Source: Octopus sinensis (lineage: Eukaryota). From it: a DNA stretch of 64,000 nt. Both the position numbers and the translations under genes were made by a program. The stretch spans positions 12,958,001 to 13,022,000 of the forward strand of contig NC_043008.1 in NCBI RefSeq assembly GCF_006345805.1, given 5' to 3'. The stretch's first letter is position 1. Each line of letters opens with the position of its first letter. This document shows positions 37,661 to 50,940 of the stretch, in pieces. The notes beneath the pieces are model-generated. The model did no database searches, was not told the origin of the DNA, and was given only the letters and a program-made list of their open reading frames with translations.

Positions 37661-38371
37661 ATATATTAATTCAATAAACCAGTAGAACTAAAAAGTGGTG
37701 GCTAGTAATTGCCGTTGCAATGAATGTGATACGAAAACCCTTGAATTCGTGTGAAATTTGGGATATGACAATCCAAAGTTGTGGGTTCAAATCCTGGGAC
37801 ATATACTGGATAGTCTTGCATATAAATGCTATTCAATATCGCACTTCTCGAGTATTCGCAACAGCAATGAGAACCAGTCTGGTGAGGAAACTCTCTCTCT
37901 CTGTTTCTATCATCCTCTCACCCATCCTTTTTCCCTCTCTATGCAGCTCCAGTTCTGTTAATCTCCCCTCTTACTTTCTGTGTTTCTAACTCTGTTTCTC
38001 TTACCCTGTCAAACACACACTCTCTCTGTTTGTGTCATTATCTCTGTCCCCCCCTGCACTTCCCTTCTCTGGTCCTCTTTGTCTCACCTCTAACTCACCC
38101 TCTCTTTCACCCTTTCAACCACTCTCTCTACCCATCATTCTCTGTTAATCTCTCCGCCTCTTTCACTATCCTCTTTCTCTATTTCTATTTCTCTTCGTTT
38201 CTCATATATTCTCTATATCTCCCCTTTCACTTCTCCTCTCTCTATCTCTCTATCTATTTCTGTTTATCTTCTCCTCGCTCTCACCACTCTCACTCCCTCT
38301 CTCTGTATCTCTCTTTCTCACTCCCCTTTTCGGGCGTTATATAACTACATGAGCGGACCAAGGGTAAACCT

Positions 38372-38604
38372 ATTTCTTTACTACCCACAAGGGGCTAAAC
38401 TCAGAGGGGACAAACAAGGACAGACAAACGGTTTAAGTCGATTACATCGACCCCAGTCCGTAACTAGTACTTATTTAATCGACCCCGAAAGGATGAAAGG
38501 CAAAGTCGACCTCGACGGAATTTGAACTCAGAACGTAACGGCAGACGAAATACGGCGACGCATTTGGCCCGGCGTGCAAACGTTTCTGCCAGCTCGGCGC
38601 CTTT
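38372..38604 (-). mobile_element. SINE family C monomer with 17-bp TSD
   Basis: GGACCAAGGGTAAACCT at 38355-38371 and 38607-38623. Confidence 0.92.
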
Positions 38605-38759
38605 TTGGACCAAGGGTAAACCTGTCAGGCTGACCACTACATACTCTCCTACAACAATTAGCTAAATATTGGTCAATTCTCGTCTCTCAACAACACTTCC
38701 GAATTACATTGGTAGAACGAGTGCGGGCGGGTTTCTGTGAGTACGTGTGTATACTTGTA

Positions 38760-38906
38760 AGAGTGCGTCTCGGTATGTCATTTTAAATATGTATGTATTA
38801 TATGCGTATATGTATAAACATACACACACACACAAAAGCGCATATTTATACATACATCTATACAAGCACTTACGTATATACGCATACATACACACACACA
38901 CACACG

Positions 38907-38939
<33 letters not shown>

Positions 38940-39924
38940 GTCTGAAAAAGTATTTATGTATGTCTATATGTATGTATCTGTGTATATATATATATATATA
39001 TATGTGCATGTATGTATGTATGTATGTGTGTATGTATGTATGTTTGTATATATATATGTATGTGTGTATGAATGTATGTATGTATGTATGTATGTATGTA
39101 TGTATATAAGTATGTATGCATTATGTGTGTTTATGTATGTATGTGTGTATGTATGCATGTATGTACGTATGTATGTGTGTATGTATGTATGTGTGTATGT
39201 ATGTATGTATGCATGTATGTGTGTATGTAAGTATGAATGTATGTATGTGTGTATGTATATATGTATATATGCATGAAAATGTATGTATGTATGCATGTAT
39301 GTATGTATGTGTGTATGTATATATGTATGTATGTATAATTGTATGTATGTATGTATGTATGTATGTATGTATGTATGTATGTATGTATGTACGTATGTAT
39401 GTATGTGTGTATATATGTATGTATGCATGTATGTATGTATGTATGTATAACCTAGTCTCATATCTGAATATTTCAAATTTTCCAATTACACTGTAATGTT
39501 ATATATTGCACTTAACCATCGCTAATTTTACATTAAAACATCACCGTTGAGATGTATGGCCATCAAATGTGCTATAACAATTCCAGAGGAATATTACCCG
39601 GTACATAAAATTAATTTTCAATTACATAAAAAAAAAAGATATTCGAGAAACTAGGTTTATCTCGTGAAAACGACTTCCTGGAGGTTAAGCGCCATCAAAT
39701 ATTTTCCGTATTCGCTTTTTATCATAAATTCGGTTTTCACCATGACACCAGTGCTTCATTCATATATACATGGATATTTACACACACACACATACACATA
39801 TATATATATATGCATACACACACACACCACCTATAAATATAAACACATGTACACACATATACGTATACTTACATGCCTATGTATATGTGTCTTTATGTAC
39901 ATATATGTATATATGTAAATATAA

Positions 39925-39995
<71 letters not shown>

Positions 39996-40140
39996 TATAT
40001 ATATACATGTATATATATCTGTGTGTGTATGTTTGTGTATATGTATGCATAAACGTATGTATGTATGTATATATATATGTACTTCGTTTTTATATCTGGC
40101 ATAATAACACTATACGATTATATATATATGTATGTGTGTA
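38760..40140. repeat. (TATG)n/(TA)n/(CA)n microsatellite blocks
   Basis: Directly visible at ~38760-39450 and ~39770-40140. Confidence 0.95.
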
Positions 40141-40739
40141 AATATAGTGAAGCAAACAGGAAAAATGTAAGCGTATTGAGAGATGGGGAGAGAGAGAGAG
40201 CCAGACAGATAGAGACACACAAAGAGACAGATGGACGGAGGAGGAATTCACACACACTCGCGCACGCATATAAATGCGTTCTGGATTGAATGCATGTAAT
40301 GAAGGACATATGTATGTGAGTCTGCGTGATTGTGTTTTAAAGAAATTGCCAATACGATCGGAGTATGGTTTTCAGTAAAGAAATTCAGATGCTTTATATA
40401 AATATATATTTTTCTGTTATTGTAAAATTAATAATGTGATTTGAAATGAGTAATAATCTAAATACTGATGAAGATATTTCCTATGATAGAGATGAAGAGA
40501 ATATAAAAGTAAGGGAAACTGAGTGATATAAACATCGACAAAGAATAGTTCTGTGTAATATCTATAGATATTCTACGTTTCGTGGTCGTCTCTCTGAAAC
40601 CATTCCAGTTACATTGCTCATAGAAATTTTGCTCTCTTTCAAGCAAATCTGCTAACCTGGAGAAACAAAGGTAAATAGATCTTTGATATTTCGTTTTTGG
40701 ATTTGGTTTGCAAAATTCTTTATATGAGTTCGTGTGTTG

Positions 40740-40960
40740 AAGCATATTCTGTTGAGTCTGGGGAGAGTCATTTTCTTTTTATGCCTTATAATATTATTAG
40801 AGAGTCAAGATTACAGAAAAGGTTGCAAGACAGAACGAAAATTTTAGGAAAATTAAAATAAGAAAGAAGTGGAAATTTTACCGGTGAGTGTGTTATATTA
40901 TAAAGCACAAAAAGTAAATGACTCTCCCCAGACACCAAGAAAATATTTGATAGTATTTTG
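40740..40960. repeat. Inverted-repeat (MITE-like) remnant
   Basis: GTCTGGGAGAGTCATTTTCTTTTTATGCCTTATAATA (~40756-40793) pairs with TATTATAAAGCACAAAAAGTAAATGACTCTCCCCAGAC (~40896-40933). Confidence 0.65.
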
Positions 40961-41152
40961 TGAATTCTTGCTATTGATAATTGATGCAATTTGGTTCGTT
41001 AAAACATCGAACAGAATATTTGGAAGCAAATTATGTTTACTAGTATCGATATCGAGTGCAAATAAATAGTTAGAAAGCATGTGTTTTAGGGCTTCTGACT
41101 AACAAATTTGTCTTGCTCACTGTTTTATACGTTCCGCCGCGCCAGGAGGTTA

Positions 41153-41872
41153 GGCGTCGAAAGGACATCTAGGATACGCGAATCATAGAGCTACATATCT
41201 GTTGGCGGGAAAACTTTCGCGCGTGCTGTTCGTGTTGTAAGAAGAAAATACGTCTTGTGCAATGTCTAAAAAAAAAGTATTCTTCCGTAAGATCTAAATA
41301 CAATGCTATGGCAGTGTCAAAATGCTTTCTCCTAGTGAATCATTATTAGTTTTAAGGCAGAAACATGCAGTTAAAAACTTCCGCAACAAAAACAGTATCA
41401 CAATTAAAAATACAAATATACTGAAATAAAAAATTTTTGTAAGGCTGACGGGATCTCTTACACAAAGGATTTTGTCTGAATGACATCAATTTTTAGCGTG
41501 TAAAAATTAAGTCCAATGCTTTTTTTAACGCATGTCGTATACATCTTTACAGATTGTGCGGAGTTTTCAAAATGGCGTCATTCATTTCATTTACTATATT
41601 TTAGTGACATTTTTTCTTCTTTGTCTAGGGTTCATCATTGAGATTTTTACGTAACGTTACTTCGGTCAATCGACATTTAATTTTTGTTGCAGTTAAAATT
41701 TCCCGAACAAAAGTTCAATTTACAATATTTTATACACGTTCAAATTTGGATTACTGAATAATATTTTTTGCATTTAAAAAGCGTTGCCAATAGAAGGATT
41801 AGACAAAGGACCCATGGAGACAATATTCTTAATTAAGTGAACCTGTAAAAGTGCAGGATAAAACTCGACGCC
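41153..41872. mobile_element. Possible Kolobok-like non-autonomous element
   Basis: TTA|GGCGTCGA ... TCGACGCC|TTAA: short TIRs with a TTAA-like TSD. Only 8-9 bp match. Confidence 0.3.
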
Positions 41873-41998
41873 TTAAAATATTGCAGCACATGTTGGAATT
41901 CACATACGAAAACAATGATGCTTTTAATTTCATCCGAATTTAATCGTCTCCTTTAGAGACTAAATCCCAGGACTATAACAAATTCTATAGAGAACACT

Positions 41999-42250
41999 GT
42001 GGAGGCGCGTGGCTTAGTTGTTAGGGTGTCAGCATCATGATCGTAAGATTGTGGTTTCGATTCCTGGACCGGGCGACACGTTGTGTTCTTGAGCAAAACA
42101 CTTCATTTCATGTTGCTCCAGTCCACTCAGCTGGCAAAAATGAGTAACGCTGCGATGGACTGTCATTCCGTCCAGTTGGGGAACACATACGCCATAGAAA
42201 CCGGGAAACCGGACTCATGAGCCTGGGTAGGCTTTAAAAGGGCGCAAAAA
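41999..42250 (+). mobile_element. SINE family D (tRNA head, V-domain-like centre)
   Basis: A/B boxes, CTGCGATGGACTG..CCGTCCAG motif typical of V-SINEs; ATAGAGAACACT duplicated on both sides. Confidence 0.75.
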
Positions 42251-42396
42251 ATAGAGAACACTATTTTTGTTCCTTATCATATTGGTTTCAAATTTTTAGG
42301 ACAAGGCCAGCAAGTTCAGGGAAGAAGTGATACTTTGGTGTGCGATCTACACTTTATATTGTGATCTACAACAAGAAAAATTATACTTATCAAGAA

Positions 42397-42525
42397 CAGT
42401 CATATATTTAAGAAATGCGGAACTATGTACCTTATTTACATTATTTACATTATTTACATATACGGATATTTGTCCTTATCAAGATGAGAAAAAATATCCG
42501 TCAGATATAAATAATTATCATAAAC
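42397..42525. mobile_element. Collapsed remnant of the hammerhead element (two inverted ends fused)
   Basis: CAGTCATATATTTAAGAAATG...ACGGATATTTGTCCTTATC joined directly to GATGAGAAAAAATATCCGTC; the HHR and tRNA centre are missing. Confidence 0.7.
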
Positions 42526-42947
42526 AGCTTTTATACCTGTAGTTTGTTCGATTCGCTGACAAAATTAGTAAACTTGTTTCAAATTTGCTTCGTTTTAATT
42601 TCTTTTTAGTGATAAATGGATAAAACGTATAAAAATTTTAATTATCTGTATTTTTTATAATTTTCTAGCTGATATTCGTTTGATTTTCCCATAAAATTAG
42701 TTACCTTATTTCAAAACTGTTCATTTTAATGTTTTTTTTTATATATATAAAGGTATCAGAACGTAAGAATGATTTATTTAAACCGTAATAAATTAATGAA
42801 ATACGTAGATTGAATACTAAAATAGAATTTGACTCTGGTAGATCACGGTGACTACAAAGATCGCATACCAAAGTAGCACCTATATCCACATAAATGTATA
42901 TTAGTATTTATGTATATATATATATATATATATACATGCATACATAT

Positions 42948-42979
<32 letters not shown>

Positions 42980-43303
42980 GTACGTGTACAAATATATTCA
43001 TATGTATATGCATATATATATATATGTATATACACATGCATACACACACACACACACATATACATATATCAAAGTGTTTCTTGTTCACGAGTAAATTATA
43101 TTTCAATGTGAATACATACTAAATTTTACAGTTACGATTTTACACAATTACATCATTGAAACATGACTTGAAAATCTATCGCCTTCAAATATACAGTTAT
43201 AATTACAAAAGATATTATCTGAAACGTATAATGAATTTAATATTTACAGAAGTAAAAAAAGCTTTAGTGCAAGTTAATTTATATATATATATATTATATA
43301 TAT

Positions 43304-43362
<59 letters not shown>

Positions 43363-43542
43363 TCTTTTAACAAACATTAAAGAGAAGTTCGTGTTATATG
43401 GCATGAAATAACGTCATTCCACCTTATTTAAATTAATTCTTTTTATGCATAACATACATTGGCACACAAAAGCACATACTCACACATGCATGTTCCCAGA
43501 CATAAGCACGTGAGCACTATGTTTATTATACACACACACGCG

Positions 43543-43580
<38 letters not shown>

Positions 43581-43769
43581 ATATATATATGCCTCTTCCT
43601 GCGTATACGTGTAAATGTAATTGTTTTCACCAAATACATTACCGTTCATATCTGGTGATAGACGAAGCAGTACGGTAGTATTCAGCTACTCAAATATTAG
43701 ATTAATCCACAGCACCTTATTGCGGAAACAGCTGTAAGCTAATGCAGTTCATAAGATAATTATTGATTC

Positions 43770-43935
43770 CATTTTTCGTCTGTCTTTAGGATCTGAGTTC
43801 AAATTCTTACCGGGGTCGACTTTGCTTTCATCCTTTCTGATTCGATAATTAAGTACCAGTTGCGTATGGGGGTCGATCTAATCGACTGTCTCCCTCCCCC
43901 AAAATCTCGGGCCTTGTGACTAGAGTAGAAAAGAA
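43770..43935 (+). mobile_element. SINE family C partial
   Basis: GAGTTCAAATTC...GTCGACTTTGCTTTCATCCTTT...AAGTACCAG...GGGCCTTGTG. Confidence 0.8.
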
Positions 43936-44032
43936 TCATTTAATCCTTTGTCATTTTATTTCTTATTACTTCTCAGTAGTCGATTAACATTTTGTTCTGA
44001 ATCATAAATCTATTGAGTTCTACACCATATTA

Positions 44033-44447
44033 TTAGCATCGGAATCCCCATACGAAATATGTGTGTGCGTGTGTATATATATACGAGCAAAACGCACCAT
44101 TGGACTGTGCTGTGTTGTCAAACATTTAAACCAAATTTTCTCAAAACAACTTGTCCGACAGTTCCATTTTGTGGCATTATTTCCGGCCAGCCGGCTTTTT
44201 TTGCACAAACTGCACGTGCATTTTTCTCGCGTATGCGTAGTATCCCAACAGCTAATGTATTTGCGCATACAAATGCACGTTCCCACGGTTTTATCGATCG
44301 CATTCTCACCAAGACTTATACCAAGACTTATACACGCCCTGATACCGTCGGTATCTACATATCAAATTTGAGCGCAATCGGATGGATGATGCTCGAGACC
44401 CTAGAAGACACACAGACAGACAGACAGAACGGATTTTATATAATAGA
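44033..44447 (-). mobile_element. Non-autonomous Helitron (decayed 3' end)
   Basis: Minus strand starts A|TCTATTATATAAAATCCG, then (CTGT)n and CCGATT..AAATTTG; ends with an imperfect hairpin and CTAA (for CTAG) followed by T. Confidence 0.6.
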
Positions 44448-45188
44448 TATATATCGTTATTTACAAACAGCGAGACTCAAAAATTATGGCTTGCATATTT
44501 ATTTAGTAATACTTCCCGGTGGATTTGAATGCAAATACGCTCACAACTGTTGTATACATTACAGTACCAGCACAACATTTTACAACAACAGTGTGTTCGT
44601 AACACTCTTGGACTCATTTTTGCAAAGGAACAATCGACACTGCTGTTTCGGTATGCAGTGTCATCAAAGTCAGAAATGGACGGATCTATGTTTATAAATG
44701 AAAGGCAATGATCTTATTTATAAGTTCATCGAACAAACTCTTTTACCGATCAGTGTTGCTATATGCTACCTGATAATAAATCGTTATTTCTAACATGTAT
44801 AGCGATATTTGAAAAGTTGATTTGCATATTTATTCGTAACAATTTCCTGTACATTCGAATGCAAATATGCAAATATGCAAATATGCAAATATGCTAATGC
44901 CTTTGCTTGCCTTTCTGAAAAGTACTTTATATTATTTTTGTTCGTACAGTGAGAGGGATATTGTCTATGCGCAAGTTAGTTTTATGAGGTGATTTCAACT
45001 CTTTAATATTATTTGTTACAGTTATTAGTCATTTATCCGTTTCCAACATGGGATATGGCATTGAAAGATTCAGTCGGAAAAGTCAATCCCAAATCCTAAA
45101 TCATTTAAGGCCTGGTATTTATGTTTTCAATATAATTTGCCGAAGCGCTAACTTTTCTACGTATATATATATATATATATATACACAT

Positions 45189-45863
45189 GTGAAAGGTAAG
45201 CTGAGTTAAAAGTTAAAATAACCGTCTAAGGAATAGAAGTATCCATTATACTAACGGTATATTACGTATGATTAACCATGGGCACACGCATGCAACCATA
45301 TTATGCTCATAAATTAAAGGTAAAGTTCCTCCGACATCTGCGGAGGAAAAACGGGGCATTGCCGGTAACGGCACGTCCCGAAACCCCTTCGGTGGGATGT
45401 GTGCCACCGGAGGGAGGGAAGAAAATGACCTCGCCAGTGGGATGTGTACCACCGAGCGAGGGCGTTGAGGTCCCTCCTAGTGAAGGTGATGAAGAATGTA
45501 TGTTCTCTTACCTCTGGAGAGGGGCTATGGACAGTTATCTCGAGAACCAAATGGACAGTCGGATGCTGAGGGAACCGAATTGTATTGACAGCCCAGAGTG
45601 GCCTTCGCAGGTGGCTGCTCTGGTGCTGGAAAGAAGACATTGCAATATGATAATTGACTCGTGTAAAAACGAGAATTTCAGAATTCTACATTGGAATCCC
45701 AGATTTCGGTTGCAGTAATGCTTGCAAGTTGCACATTATTTGCTGGGGGAAGAATTATAGAATTTTATTGCCTCTTATTTGTGAATAAACTGTAATTTTG
45801 GTTGTATGGACTTTTTCGTCCAAAGAAATTGTATCTTTGAATGGTAAGAGAGTCGGTGTATCA
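45189..45863 (+). mobile_element. Solo-LTR-like, GC-richer insertion with structured core
   Basis: TG...CA ends, AATAAA at ~45784, four consecutive hairpins at 45326-45461; no TSD seen. Confidence 0.4.
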
Positions 45864-45975
45864 TTTTTTAATAATTTTATCTAGTTTCAGCTCACGAGCT
45901 GTGGCCATGCTGGGGCACCGCCATTCGGTGTTGCTACATGATTTTACTTCACAAATGTCCTGACCATGGTCAGTT
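45864..45975 (-). mobile_element. Very short CR1 (second family) 3' terminus
   Basis: Minus strand GGCGGTGCCCCAGCATGGCCACAGCTCGTGAGCTGAAAC plus A-rich tail. Confidence 0.6.
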
Positions 45976-45994
45976 CGATGAAATAAAGTATTTT

Positions 45995-46380
45995 CCTTAC
46001 CAAACACATGGTTCCGGGTCGAGTCCCACTGCGTGGTACCTTGGGCAAGTGTCTTCTACTAAGGCCTCCTCGTGCCGACCAAAGCCTTGTGAGTGGATTT
46101 GGTAGACGGAAACTGAAAGAAACTCCTCGTATATATGTATATGTGTATATATGTATGTGTATGTTTGCGTGTGTCTGTGTTTGTCCCGCCCCCAACAACG
46201 CTTGACAACCGATGCTGGTGTGTTTACGTCCACATAACTTAGCGGTTCGGCAAAAGAGACCGATAGAATAAGTACTAGGCATCTAAAGAATAAGTCCTGG
46301 GTCGATTTGCTCCACTAAAGGCGGTGCTCCAGCATGGCCACAGTCAAATGACTGTAACAAGCAAAAGAGTAAAAGAGTAT
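45995..46380 (+). mobile_element. SINE family B (5'-clipped)
   Basis: Colinear with 59830-60276. Confidence 0.88.
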
Positions 46381-47699
46381 AAGATAGTTCAAAAACAGGG
46401 TGCATACTCATATCATGTGGATGTAAGTACCCTCACCAAAAAGGATTAGAACTGAACCTTTGATTGGAACTGAACCACGTGATAGTAAATCTAGCTTCCT
46501 CACGACGCATGAGAAAAAGTATTTGCCTGGCAAATACACAGGAATCCGAAAACTTTGGTCACGAATGTTACTAGATTAATATCAAGCTGATGCCGACGTC
46601 CAGATCTGGATTGACCCCGAAAATCCTTCGTTAAAATTTGACCCATGTAGATTATCTTTATTAGAATTTCAGGTTAGAAAATCTTGTGCCTGGAAACCAT
46701 TTCCACCAAATTGTTTTAAATATAACGGTGAATTCTCGTACATAGAAGTTGGTTTAGCCTTGAAAACCCTAAAATACAGCTTGTATGTTGCCTACGAATG
46801 TCTGAAACAGAATTTATGCTTGTATTCGGTGTCTTCTTGAAGAGTAGTATGTGTAATATTATCGCATTTGGTAATACTCATTTTTGACAGGCATATAAAA
46901 TGTAAGGATAGGTTGCAAGAAACGCGTTTCGTGATTATAATGCCAATAATCATGGCACGAAGTAGAGATTAGTATTAATATATGATGATCCAAAGAGAAA
47001 GGGAACATGATAGTTGTAATTTACTTGATAATTAATATAATATTTCATTAAGGTAATTAAACAGAGATTCCAGTAATAGATCCGATAATGTCGAAACTAA
47101 TTTGCTTTCATACACAAACATAAGCACCATCTCACAGATTCACTCACGTGCTACACACACACACATATAAAATGTGTATGCATAGAAATGTATGTATGTA
47201 TGTACACCAAATCCAATGTTTACCACCTATGTATGTTATGTGGTATGTATATCAACTAAGGTATGCGCCAGAAATTAAAGCCAAAGTAAGCTTAGCTTCA
47301 TGCAAGAATATTACTAAATCATTTTCAGGGCTGTAATATATATATGTATGCATGAATGGATGGATGTGTGTATGTTTTTGCGTGTGATTACACATAAGCA
47401 GACACACACTCATATGCATATATAAGTAAGCGCATAACTGCAAAACAAGCTAGAAAAAAATTGCCCTTGAGATGAGGTATAGTAGAATGCGATTTATCAA
47501 AAGCAAATAATTCTTCACAAACTGTGTCTCACAGTTTAACGTTAGAGTTAGCTGACAACTTCGATCATATAGTCCGATTAACGATTATTAACTCAATCAC
47601 TGAGTAACAGTTTGTGAAGATGTTTCTCGCCTTTAATAAACAGTGTATATAAATACATTTAAATATATACATATATATCTTTCTGTTTTTTTTTCAATT

Positions 47700-48295
47700 T
47701 TCAGCTGAGCTATAGTGATGCTGGGGCACAAACGTTTTGCTATACTGTTATGATTGAGAACCTCCTCTCATACGAGGCATTTGGTAAATAAGGGAGTTTG
47801 ATGTCGTTGAACTCATTTGCGACTCCTGCCACAAGGTAGGTTCAAAACGGACTCTCGACAGGTAGAGATCCAAGTTGGATTTGAAAATATCTACATCTAC
47901 TTCATGTGGGTCCCTCAGGCTCTTTGGGAGAATATTAAACATCTGTGGGCCCTTGAAATCCAGGCTGTTGCAGCAACTGGTCCTGAAGCGGGACGGCATT
48001 GCTGTGATATTTGGCTATGTGCGGTGGTGACACGTTCTGGCATTTGTATAGCTTTTAATGACAAAATTTGGCACAATCACTTCCAGGATCTTCCAGATGT
48101 ATATTACTGCATATCTTTCCCGCCTTCGCTCCACGGAGCAGAGTCTTAGCTGCTTCAGCATTTCCCAGTAGATGAGCTGTTGCAATAAGACAGTCTTTTT
48201 TGTGAGGCTTCGCTGAATTGCTTCCAGGTCCGGTGTTAATTTTTTCACTGTGGGGAAACCATAGCTAGGAGCAGTACAGCTGGTGGCTGAGGAGG
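47700..48295 (-). mobile_element. CR1-group LINE (second family) 3' fragment
   Basis: DLEAIQRSLTKK...YWEMLKQLRLCSVERRRERYAVIYIWKIL..IVPN; NSLDFKGPQMFNILPKSLRD..VDIFKSNLD.YL. Confidence 0.85.
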
Positions 48296-48313
48296 AATGA
48301 CCGGTAGAGGCCC

Positions 48314-48368
<55 letters not shown>

Positions 48369-48519
48369 TCACACACAAAGATACACACGCATACACACGC
48401 ATATATTAAATATATATGTACGCATATGCATATATATGTGTGTGTGTGTGTGTGGATGTATATTTATAAACGCACGAGTGTTTACAGAGGTATGTTTATA
48501 TCGCCATCTATATTCAAAC

Positions 48520-48590
<71 letters not shown>

Positions 48591-49389
48591 ATATTATATA
48601 TATACACACACCCATTTGGATATGTAATTATATACAGGTATGTGTGCGTTTATGTGTGTCCGATGTGTGTGTGCATGTGTCCGTATGTGTGTGCATGTGT
48701 CCGTGCGTGTGTGCGTGACTAGCATGTACGTATATACACCCACCAAAATAGATGATCATACTATTGTCATACGATTAGATGATGATGATGATGAGGATGA
48801 TCACGACAATGATGACGATGATGACGACTCTGATGATGATGGGCATCGTCAGTGACATTTGCCACGCCATGCTCATCCAGGATGGTAAATATGAAGCACA
48901 CTTCGATTAGTGTAAAGAAACCAAAAATAAAATATTAACAAAAGCCTAATGCCGAAAAAAATACAAACAAACACGATATTTGTTGTTGTTATAACATGTT
49001 TGGTGTTAGTCGCAGAAACTAGTGTTGATGGCCTGAGAGAAATACAGTGCTGTAACAAAACAGAGGTCTCCTTCATTGCACAGTATCACAACGGTCGTTT
49101 GGCCTCAAGTGATTCCTGTTTATGATTATAAGAATAAGACCAAACTGTTTGGAAAAACATTCACCAATATTTTACAGCAATCACATCCTAAAAAAAGGTC
49201 GTTACAAAACAACGCACATGTACACACACACACGCAAACGCGCACACGCACAGAGAGAGAGAGAGAGAGAGACACACACACACATACACACACACACACA
49301 CACACATACACACACAAACACACATACACGCACACATTCCCCCATACAAACTTTCACACATTTTTAATACTAGCATATACAGATACATT

Positions 49390-49403
49390 TCACTTTGTGT
49401 AAC

Positions 49404-49435
<32 letters not shown>

Positions 49436-49456
49436 AAATGTATTATTAGTATTTAC

Positions 49457-49496
<40 letters not shown>

Positions 49497-49574
49497 TATA
49501 TATATATATGTATATATATATATATGTATATGTATGTATATATGTATATATGTATATATATATGTATATATATG

Positions 49575-49612
<38 letters not shown>

Positions 49613-49750
49613 TATATGTATATGTATGTATATATATGTATGTATATGTATGTATATATATATGCATGTATATGTATGTATGTATGTATATGTATATATA
49701 TATATGTATATGTATGTATGTATGTATGTATATTTATATGTATACTTATA
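49390..49750. repeat. (TA)n/(TATG)n microsatellite
   Basis: Directly visible. Confidence 0.95.
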
Positions 49751-50042
49751 TACCTGTAACTAGCTGTTTATTTTTCTACCAATATCTGTACGTAAATTTC
49801 TTGTGTATTTTTCTACTTCTGATGGTGTTATTTTTTCCATGCAGTTATATGTTTTCCAATATAAACACGCACTTCAGTTTAGATGCTCGAAGGACTCTAT
49901 AAGATAAGGCGCAACACTTGATTCCGAGTGCCCCAGCATCTTATAGCAGAAACCGCTATAAGCTAATTAAGTTGATTATGTGAAATTTCTCTCTTAACTC
50001 CTGTAATTTCATATATGATACAGAGGGAGACATAAAAAATCG

Positions 50043-50075
<33 letters not shown>

Positions 50076-50339
50076 TTGCTATTTTTATGCCTCCTTCTTT
50101 CAAGAAGATCTTGATATATTGTTGAATACTCAACGGTGATGAAGAGCAAAAAATAAAATTTGTAGCTGAGAAAAAACACTTCTGATGTAGAGAAGTGGAA
50201 GCCATCTAAATATTGGAAACTATTTATCTCTGTCATAATGTTAAGCCGACATTATAGCTGTTGACTAATGGTCTGTAAACATTTTAAAAACTGAAAGAAG
50301 GGACAATGGTCAGCAGGATGCACCACATTCCCATGCATC

Positions 50340-50940
50340 CATGCATCGGCATTCCTCTTATAATTACAGGAAAAAGTGATGAAAAATTGGACCGAGGCAT
50401 TGCAGGCTCAGCGCATGTTTGCGTGTCAGAGACTACGGCATGTCCAGTCCTCCATTTAGCGAATGTTGAAGAGAAATAGAGCACCCGATCAGTGGAACGC
50501 TTCGCTTTCACAGATTAAGGAAAAAGTATTCGCTCCAGCTTCCTTAGACGTGAATTCGATCAAGGTACAGCGGTCAGATGGTAATATAAATATGGGGGCT
50601 ATATAAGCATTCATCATCTCTGCCCGACCTTTCAAGGATAGGTTTCTCTCATCCCAGTTCTGGGGGAGATTGGCTAACCTCGCCAATTAGTCCTCGGAGA
50701 CAAGCGCCATCTCTTTTACTAAGACCTTGGCCAAAATTTTGAAATATGGGTTCAGCAGCGTTATCGGCCTGAAACTTTTGACTGGGTCCCCCTTGTTCGC
50801 GTCCTTTCTTACCAGAGCCACTGAAATGTGAATTCTCCCGTTCTGCCGCCAGTGGCGATGAATATCTCCAAACAAGTCAGGTATATGAAAGTACAGTTTA
50901 TAGGAGATACGATCCAAATCAGGACATTTGCACCCCTCAC
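50340..50940 (-). mobile_element. Tx1/L1-clade LINE ORF2 fragment, internally deleted
   Basis: KCPDLDRISYKLY...WRQNGRI...FRPITLLN..KILAKVL joined directly to W..RNLSLKGRA...N.YI, both L1/Tx1 signatures; the RT core between them is absent. Confidence 0.75.

Noticed and set aside
37890-38330. Long pyrimidine-rich tract
   Set aside because: Decayed (CT)n microsatellite, common in this type of genome.
46579-46840. About 86-codon stop-free stretch on the plus strand
   Set aside because: No start codon, no convincing splice pair and no recognisable domain.
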